This document shows positions 27,572 through 34,559 of a stretch of 64,000 nt of DNA, one piece after another (position 1 is the first letter of the stretch; each line of letters begins with the position of its first letter). The stretch spans positions 581 through 64,580 of the forward strand of contig JAEEPS010000008.1 in assembly GCA_016284875.1 (NCBI GenBank). The letters are read 5' to 3'. Below the pieces are notes generated by a model, which was not told the origin of the DNA, searched no databases, and saw only the letters and a list, made by a program, of their open reading frames with translations. The stretch comes from Salinivirgaceae bacterium (GTDB lineage: Bacteria > Bacteroidota > Bacteroidia > Bacteroidales > SZUA-534). The translations under genes and the position numbers were made by a program.

Positions 27572-28822
27572 ATGTGTGGAAACGTGGAAAACCTTAATAA
27601 ATATACCGTAATCGATCTCTTCGCAGGTTGTGGAGGTTTATCGCTTGGTTTGTATCAGGCGGGATGGAAAGGTTTGTTTGCCATTGAAAAGAATGCATTT
27701 GCATTTGAAACATTGAAATACAACCTGATTGACAACAAAAAACATTTTGATTGGCCTGATTGGTTGCCACAAACCGAGCACGATATTAACGAAGTGCTTG
27801 AAAAATATCCGGAGCAATTAAAATCACTGCAAGGTAAAGTGGATTTAGTTGCTGGCGGACCTCCGTGTCAAGGATTTTCTATGGCAGGGAAACGTGTAGA
27901 GGAAGATGTTCGAAACCAATTAGTGTTTTCTTACATTAAATTTATTGAATTGGTGCAGCCCAAAATGATTCTTTTTGAGAACGTAAAAGGCTTCACCTAT
28001 GCTTTTGACAAGAATAAAAAAGATGGCACCGAACCTTATTCACGTAAGGTAATACGCGGTTTGAAAAAACTGGGATATAATGTAAAACCACACGTCATAG
28101 ATTTTTCCAATTATGGCGTTCCGCAGCGACGCAAGCGATTTATTCTTGTAGGTATTAGAGATGAAATTGGTTCTCCCGAGAATTTTGAGAAATTTTTGAT
28201 GGAAAACAGAGATGCATTCTTGTCGCAGAAAGGGCTTAAATCTACCACCACATTGCAGGATGCAATTTCTGATTTACTTCGCTCTAACGGAGAAGAACCT
28301 ACACCCGACAGGAAAGGTTTTTATTCTGGCAAATACGGCAAGAATAAGTTGACTGCATACGAAAAATTGATGCGAGGTGATTATCCTAAAGAGCACGAGA
28401 TAGCAGACAGTCATAGTTTTGCAAAGCAAACACCTGACAAAATCGCCTGCTATAAACGGTTGTTGGCCGAATATCCGCAACGCGGCAAACGAATTGACGG
28501 AAAAGCTCGGGAGCCATGGGGAATTATGCAGCGCGGGATTACAGTTTTAGACCCGAACGCTGTTTCGCCAACCATTACCGGACATCCAGACGACTACTTG
28601 CATTACTGCGAACCCCGCATCATGACCGTTCGCGAGTGCGCCCGCATACAATCGTTTCCTGATTGGTACGAAATCAAGAAGAAATACACCACTGGTGGCA
28701 AGATGCGCAAGGTGGAAGTGCCTCGCTATACCCAAATTGGCAATGCCATCCCGCCGTTGTTTGCGGAACAGGCAGGAATAGTTTTATTAAATATGCTACG
28801 ATATGGAACAGATGCAGTTTAA
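27572..28822 (+). CDS. DNA (cytosine-5)-methyltransferase (M1)
   Basis: Motif I DLFAGCGG, IV GGPPCQGFS, VI ENVKG, VIII QRRKRFILVG, IX TVRECARIQSFPD, X GNAIPP. The 3' end overlaps the next gene by 20 nt. Confidence 0.9.
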   Translation: MCGNVENLNKYTVIDLFAGCGGLSLGLYQAGWKGLFAIEKNAFAFETLKYNLIDNKKHFDWPDWLPQTEHDINEVLEKYPEQLKSLQGKVDLVAGGPPCQGFSMAGKRVEEDVRNQLVFSYIKFIELVQPKMILFENVKGFTYAFDKNKKDGTEPYSRKVIRGLKKLGYNVKPHVIDFSNYGVPQRRKRFILVGIRDEIGSPENFEKFLMENRDAFLSQKGLKSTTTLQDAISDLLRSNGEEPTPDRKGFYSGKYGKNKLTAYEKLMRGDYPKEHEIADSHSFAKQTPDKIACYKRLLAEYPQRGKRIDGKAREPWGIMQRGITVLDPNAVSPTITGHPDDYLHYCEPRIMTVRECARIQSFPDWYEIKKKYTTGGKMRKVEVPRYTQIGNAIPPLFAEQAGIVLLNMLRYGTDAV

Positions 28823-31076
28823 AATAAGTTCATTTTTAAAAGATCTTATTGGACGAGAATTGATAACTGATGAATTCGTGGCAGTTTTCGAATTGGTTAA
28901 GAATTCCTTCGATGCACATGCAAAAAAAGTAAAAGTTATTTTTGAAAATCAATATGACTTGACAAACGCCAGAATTATCATTTGGGATAATGGACGAGGA
29001 ATGGACAAATCAGATTTACAAAACAAATGGTTGTTTGTTGCGCATTCTGACAAAAGGGATGGAACGGAGGACAAAGATTACAGAGATAAAATCCAACACA
29101 AACGCACCTTTGCCGGAGCTAAAGGTGTTGGTCGCTTCTCTTGTGATAGATTGGGAAGGTATCTTAATCTTCTTTCAATTAAAGACGCACCTAATGCTTT
29201 AATAGAGAATCTTAAGATAGATTGGACTTCTTTTGAACAAGACTCAAATCAGGAATTCATAGATATCAAAGTGGAACATGATAATTTATCAACAACAAAC
29301 TATGAAGATTTTCAGAAAGGAACAATTTTAGAGATCTCTGGACTGCGAGATATATGGGATAGAGATAGGATAAAGAAATTGAAAGTGTCCTTGGAAAAGC
29401 TTATTAACCCCATACAGGGGAATGATGTTAACGATTTTGCGATTGAGATTATTGCCAACGACGAGTTATTACAAGATCAGAAAGAAACAGATGATAGGGA
29501 CAAGGTTAATGGTGTTGTTCGAAATATTGTTTTTGAACGATTAGGATTAAAGACAACTCAGATCAAAGTGAGTATTACAAATCATGGTGGAACAATCACA
29601 ACAACATTAACAGACAGAGGTACAGATATATATACTTTAACGGAGCGCAATCCATATGATAAATTATATGATATAGATATTGTATTGTTTGTATTAAATA
29701 GAGCCGGGAAAATCAACTTCAAAAAAATAATGGGTGTTGATTCCGTTAAATACGGTTCCGTTTTTATTTACAAAAATGGATTTCGCATATATCCTTTTGG
29801 AGAGGAAGGTGATGATACTCTAAAAATAGACCGACGCAAGCAGCAAGGTTTTTATCGTTTCTTGGGAACCCGTGATTTATTGGGCCGCATTGAGATTAAT
29901 GGCGAACGATCTGATTTAAGAGAAACCACTAGTCGTGATGGTGGATTTGTTAAAAATGAATCATGGAATCAGTTAGTCGAGTTTTTCTATGACAAAGCAT
30001 TACGCCGTCTTGAAACTTATACCGTAGGTATCATTAAATGGGGTGATGAAAAGTTTGACAAAGAGACAGGTGAAATTATTCAGCCAGAACTAAAGCCCGA
30101 AGATGTTAAAGACAAAATATTGAACATTATTTCTAATTTGACAAAAGCAAAAGAGGTAATTGATGTTCAATATAATCAGGATTTTTTGCAAATCTACGAA
30201 TCTAAACAGGAGAGAAGTGCCACTCAACTTGTGAAAAATCTCACCCGTATGGCTGAAGAGACAAATAATCCACAATTTGTCAAACAGGCAAAAGCTGTTG
30301 AACGTCGTGTGGCTGAGCTCAAACAATCGGTTGGAGAATTAGAAAAAGAGAATGCTAACAAAGAAGAAGAAAATAAAAAGAATCAAGAAAAAATTCAACA
30401 ACTGAATACAGAAAATTTATTCTTATTATCTGATGTTCCGAATGATACTAAAGAATTCAAAAGTTTGCAACATCATATAACTCATACATCTAATTCTATT
30501 GCAGAATATATTGCATCTGCTACCGAATCATTAATTAATGGAGAGACGGAAAAAGCTTTGGAATATATGCGTTATGCAGAACTTGAAAATCAGATGATAC
30601 TGACATTATCTAACTTTGTTAGTAAAGCAAAATTTGACACGAAAGTAAATAAGATAACTGATGATATTATAACATTTATTGATGAATATATCAACAATCT
30701 ATATCTTCTAACACATAAAAAGATTAAGATTAATATTGAAAAGACTTCATATAAGCACATATACAAATTTGTTCCAATAGAGGTTATTATTTTAGTTGAC
30801 AACATCCTTAATAATGCACCAAAACATCATGCCAAAAATGTAGATATTTCATGGCACAAAAATGAAGACCACATAGAATTACACATCTCTAATGATGGAG
30901 ATACTCTATCCGATGAGCTACTGCCACATATCTTTGAATATAGGTTCTCTACGACGGGTGGCGGAGGCATCGGATTATATTACGCAAAAGAAATTATTAC
31001 CCGAATGAATGGTTTTATTTCGGTAAATAATAAGAGAACAAAAGGTGTAGAATTTATTATATCGTTCAAAAAATGA
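28803..31076 (+). CDS. Dual-GHKL protein: N-terminal MORC/Hsp90-like ATPase + coiled coil + DHp-like His helix + C-terminal histidine-kinase CA domain
   Basis: N-terminal Bergerat motifs: ELVKNSFDA (N box), WDNGRGM (G1), GAKGVGRFS (G2). Coiled coil around aa 495-540. His-rich helix SLQHHITHTSNSIAEYI at aa 555-570. C-terminal motifs: DNILNNAPKH (N box), SNDGD (G1), TTGGGGIGLYYAKEI (G2). Confidence 0.7.
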   Translation: MEQMQFKISSFLKDLIGRELITDEFVAVFELVKNSFDAHAKKVKVIFENQYDLTNARIIIWDNGRGMDKSDLQNKWLFVAHSDKRDGTEDKDYRDKIQHKRTFAGAKGVGRFSCDRLGRYLNLLSIKDAPNALIENLKIDWTSFEQDSNQEFIDIKVEHDNLSTTNYEDFQKGTILEISGLRDIWDRDRIKKLKVSLEKLINPIQGNDVNDFAIEIIANDELLQDQKETDDRDKVNGVVRNIVFERLGLKTTQIKVSITNHGGTITTTLTDRGTDIYTLTERNPYDKLYDIDIVLFVLNRAGKINFKKIMGVDSVKYGSVFIYKNGFRIYPFGEEGDDTLKIDRRKQQGFYRFLGTRDLLGRIEINGERSDLRETTSRDGGFVKNESWNQLVEFFYDKALRRLETYTVGIIKWGDEKFDKETGEIIQPELKPEDVKDKILNIISNLTKAKEVIDVQYNQDFLQIYESKQERSATQLVKNLTRMAEETNNPQFVKQAKAVERRVAELKQSVGELEKENANKEEENKKNQEKIQQLNTENLFLLSDVPNDTKEFKSLQHHITHTSNSIAEYIASATESLINGETEKALEYMRYAELENQMILTLSNFVSKAKFDTKVNKITDDIITFIDEYINNLYLLTHKKIKINIEKTSYKHIYKFVPIEVIILVDNILNNAPKHHAKNVDISWHKNEDHIELHISNDGDTLSDELLPHIFEYRFSTTGGGGIGLYYAKEIITRMNGFISVNNKRTKGVEFIISFKK

Positions 31077-32020
31077 GAATAAAATATAATATTCTTTGGG
31101 TTGATGACCGCAAAGAAACATTCATACGACTTGGACACGACAAACATCTTATAGATTATGTAAGTCGTTTATTCTTTGAGCCACATTTAACAATGTGTGA
31201 GAACATTGAAGAAGCGAAAGCCGCCTTGGGCACTCAATCTTTTGATGTAATATTCTCGGATTACAACATTAGCGATAGCAAGACAGACGAGCAAGGTGAT
31301 GATTTTATTGAATATGTACGTGAGCAGAACGTAAATACTGAAATACTTTTTTACTCTGCCATGGAGGAATTACCTACAATACACGTAAATCGTATATCTT
31401 TTTTCTCATTTGCAGGAAAGGCTGGTGCTTACCATGAACTTTTAGCACAAATGGAACTGTTAATAGAACTCACCGTAAAAAAGCTAAACGACATAACTGC
31501 ATTACGAGGTCTTGTTATGGCAGAGGTGAGTGAACTGGATGTCTTAATGGAACAAATCATTTTAGCATATTTCAATTCTCCAGAGAGAATGCGTACATTC
31601 CATGACCACATCACGGCGAATCGAGAAAAAACTTGGCATAAAATGCTAAATTCTAGTACTCAGTGCGATAAGCAATGTTTTCACATATGGCGTGAAAAAG
31701 ATCTAACAGAATATGTCAGCAAATTAGATTCTTCACAAAAAGCGCATGCCATTAACATTGTGCTTTCAGATATTGACTCTGCTCATGCTATTTGTACAGA
31801 TACCACATTTTTCAAAAACTATGATGATTCTATCATTCTCAATCGAAATAACTTAGCCCACTGCATTAGTATAAAAGATAAAAATGGAAATGAAATCTTA
31901 AAAACATGGAATGGAGATAAAATATACAATGATGACGAATTCCGCATTATGAGAGCAAACATTATTAAATATCACAACATGTTTACATCATTATTGACCA
32001 CATTAACCATGTCCGCATAA
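31073..32020 (+). CDS. Receiver (REC) domain protein fused to a helical C-terminal domain with an HEPN-type Rx4H motif
   Basis: ATGA start/stop overlap with the upstream gene. CheY-like landmarks: ILWVDD (D11, D12), DVIFSDYNI (D63), ILFYSA (S95), FAGK (K116). The C-terminal domain carries NRNNLAH (R258...H263, nt 31844-31861). Confidence 0.55.
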   Translation: MRIKYNILWVDDRKETFIRLGHDKHLIDYVSRLFFEPHLTMCENIEEAKAALGTQSFDVIFSDYNISDSKTDEQGDDFIEYVREQNVNTEILFYSAMEELPTIHVNRISFFSFAGKAGAYHELLAQMELLIELTVKKLNDITALRGLVMAEVSELDVLMEQIILAYFNSPERMRTFHDHITANREKTWHKMLNSSTQCDKQCFHIWREKDLTEYVSKLDSSQKAHAINIVLSDIDSAHAICTDTTFFKNYDDSIILNRNNLAHCISIKDKNGNEILKTWNGDKIYNDDEFRIMRANIIKYHNMFTSLLTTLTMSA

Positions 32021-32163
32021 AGCAATGGTAATATTAAGATGGATGATTTTACCACAGAGGATTTATTAAAACGAATAAAATAGACTAAATATCATTGTTC
32101 CGTAATACAGCGCCAAACCGCGATTTCTTGGCATATCATAGAAGATAGAATTTTTAAAGGTAA

Positions 32164-32868
32164 ATGAATCCAAATAAAACATATTATGCTGATGACAGAC
32201 TAAATAATTGTTGTGCATATTGCGGTGGTTTTGCTGAGACCGAAGATCATGTCCCCTCTCGTTGCTTTCTTGACAAACCTTACCCACAAAACATGCGTGT
32301 CGTACCATGCTGTCAAAAATGCAATCATGATTTTTCTATAGATGAGGAATATGTTTCTTGTTTAATCGATTGCATGAAGGAAAAGACAACGAATACTAAT
32401 TTAATAAGAAGGAAGAAAACACGAAAAACATTATCTCACTCATTTGGGTTGTCGGAAAGGATAAAAAGTCAATTTCGAAAATTTGCAGACATTGAAATTT
32501 GTGATATTGAAAAGAACCGATTTGAACTTGTTATGTCCAAATTGGCATTTGGACATTTAGCACATGAGAACAGTTCAATAAATTGGGATTCAGAATATAA
32601 GGTTGATATGTGGTTATTAGAAAATATGTCTAACCTTTTATTGAATGATTTTGAAAATCCATATTCTGGAGATGTTGTTCCCGAAGTTGGTAGTAATAGT
32701 TTATCTCGCATTCTAGTTGGGTTAGATGATTCTGCAATTTGTTGTGATTGGGTAATGGTTCAAAATGGAAGATATCGGTATTGTGTTTCCCCTGATAGTA
32801 CAAAAGTTAAATTTGTTATCGCAGAGTATTTGGCTGTTGAAGTATCAATTATGAGCCATAATGTTTAA
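32164..32868 (+). CDS. HNH endonuclease domain protein
   Basis: CAYCGG...EDHVPS...VPCCQKCNHDFS, that is CxxC / DH / CxxCN(H), in the first 60 aa. The C-terminal ~170 aa are unassigned. Confidence 0.7.
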   Translation: MNPNKTYYADDRLNNCCAYCGGFAETEDHVPSRCFLDKPYPQNMRVVPCCQKCNHDFSIDEEYVSCLIDCMKEKTTNTNLIRRKKTRKTLSHSFGLSERIKSQFRKFADIEICDIEKNRFELVMSKLAFGHLAHENSSINWDSEYKVDMWLLENMSNLLLNDFENPYSGDVVPEVGSNSLSRILVGLDDSAICCDWVMVQNGRYRYCVSPDSTKVKFVIAEYLAVEVSIMSHNV

Positions 32869-33048
32869 ATGTGGGAAAGTTTGTGATACTTCTGTCCTTA
32901 TGCAATACAACTTATTTATATTTGAGTAAAATAATTTGAGTAAAAAATTGACAATTGGCTCAAAGCAAACAATCACACCAAATTAATAAAGTCTGTGCCA
33001 GACTCGCCCCACAATTATCAACACCCCTTACAACATTTCCAACTTTCC

Positions 33049-33056
33049 TTATCTTT
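33049..33056 (+). promoter_or_regulatory. Bacteroidetes -7 box TAtcTTTG upstream of M2
   Basis: TAnnTTTG match, followed at 33063-33086 by the imperfect palindrome GCCGTTTTGCTATGGCAAAATGGC. Confidence 0.4.
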
Positions 33057-33185
33057 GCCTTTGCCGTTTTGCTATGGCAAAATGGCTCTGCATACATTAA
33101 GCGTCACCTTTTTATTGGCGCAAACACCCACGTTGTTTGTATGTAGATATTGAATAAGATTTTGAAAACATAGTCCGATTTTTAG

Positions 33186-34538
33186 GTGTTTGTAGGGCAA
33201 GGGAAATATAATACTGTGATAAAGGTAGGTACATTATTTAGTGGTATTGGTGCATTTGAACACGCATTAAAGCAGTTGAACATACAACATAAAATTTTGT
33301 TTGCTTGCGACAATGGGGAAAGGGAATTGCCTCTTACTTATGGCGATTTATTTAAACTTACTGCAGGTCTTAATGATGAACAATTGTATTCATTTTGTGA
33401 AGAATACATTAGTAAAATTGGTGTGAAGAAAGATTTACGCAAATTGGAAACAGACTTATTGTTTCAACTTGCACATAAAACGGAAACGCCCCCCCAAACA
33501 AATGTTGTAGTTGAATACAATAAAGTTGGCAGAAAGAGTCCTGTAAAACACAAACTTGCTATAACACAAGAACAAATCATTGCCTTAACCCCCAATATGA
33601 CAATGAAACAACGCGAACAATATGTTAAAGCGTTGTATGATAATATGCCAGAGCACAACTATGTGAAAGATGCCTATTTCGCCAATTATGATGTTACAGA
33701 TGCAGAATGGCACGAAGATATACGGTTTTTGGATGCAAAAGAATATGAAGGTAATTTGGACATTTTAATTGGTGGCAGCCCTTGCCAAAGTTTCTCTAAT
33801 TATGGAAAGAAACTTGGTTTAGAAGATGTTAGGGGTACATTGTTTTATGACTATGCACGTGTCATAAATGAAGCCAAACCTAAAGTCTTCATATACGAAA
33901 ATGTAGAAAACGTAACAAAAAATGATGGTGGGAAAACTTGGAAGGCAATGTTTTCTGTATGGCAATCATTAGGTTATCACATTGAATGGGACATTTTGGA
34001 TGCCAAAGATTATAATCACCCTCAATTAAGAAGCCGCCTTTTCCTCATTGGATTTAGAGAAGATATATACACCAAGCCATATACTTTCCCCGAAAAAATG
34101 GAATTGAAACATAAAAGCACAGAATACCTTGAAAAAGGGGAAGTAAGTGATATATACTATCTTGGGAAAAAAGGGTTTGAGTGGATTACAACACCAGAAA
34201 AGAATTTAAGGCGGTCAAGAGTAAACCAAGATGTAATTGGCTGTGAAACTGCCTATCAGCAAGACAATTGGATTGGTGATTTTAGAGTTGAGAAACCCAA
34301 ACCCCACCACTATAATGATGAGCGCATTTATGTAGGTAAATTTGATTTCAAAGATGGTAAAGGTCTTGTTGATGCCGTAGGCCGCAAAATGACACCACGC
34401 GAATGTATGAATTTGATGGGGTTTGATGATAGTTTTAAAATAGTTGTCAATGACAGCATTGCTTATCGCCACGCAGGTAACTCAATTGTTGTCCCTGTGT
34501 TAAAAGAAATAATAAAAACCCTCATTCCATATTTGTAA
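33186..34538 (+). CDS. DNA (cytosine-5)-methyltransferase (M2) with a long insertion between motifs II and III/IV
   Basis: Motif I LFSGIGAF, II FACDN, IV GGSPCQSFS (aa 197-204), VI ENVENV, VIII QLRSRLFLIG, IX TPRECMNLMGFDD, X AGNSIVVPV. The track start is a GTG, so the exact start is uncertain. Confidence 0.88.
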   Translation: MFVGQGKYNTVIKVGTLFSGIGAFEHALKQLNIQHKILFACDNGERELPLTYGDLFKLTAGLNDEQLYSFCEEYISKIGVKKDLRKLETDLLFQLAHKTETPPQTNVVVEYNKVGRKSPVKHKLAITQEQIIALTPNMTMKQREQYVKALYDNMPEHNYVKDAYFANYDVTDAEWHEDIRFLDAKEYEGNLDILIGGSPCQSFSNYGKKLGLEDVRGTLFYDYARVINEAKPKVFIYENVENVTKNDGGKTWKAMFSVWQSLGYHIEWDILDAKDYNHPQLRSRLFLIGFREDIYTKPYTFPEKMELKHKSTEYLEKGEVSDIYYLGKKGFEWITTPEKNLRRSRVNQDVIGCETAYQQDNWIGDFRVEKPKPHHYNDERIYVGKFDFKDGKGLVDAVGRKMTPRECMNLMGFDDSFKIVVNDSIAYRHAGNSIVVPVLKEIIKTLIPYL

Positions 34539-34559
34539 ACTCTTTTAAAATAATGTATT

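Noticed and set aside
28803-32020. Interpreting the kinase/REC pair as an ordinary transcriptional two-component system
   Set aside because: The REC protein has no recognisable DNA-binding output (no wHTH, LuxR or LytTR wording). The kinase has no TM or PAS sensor. Both are translationally coupled to a DNA methyltransferase inside a foreign AT-rich restriction island. A defence role fits better, but it remains unproven.
32955-33146. 63-aa ORF in the HNH-M2 intergenic gap
   Set aside because: It has no start context, is Pro/Leu/Thr-rich with odd composition, and overlaps the putative M2 promoter and palindrome. It is more likely non-coding regulatory DNA.
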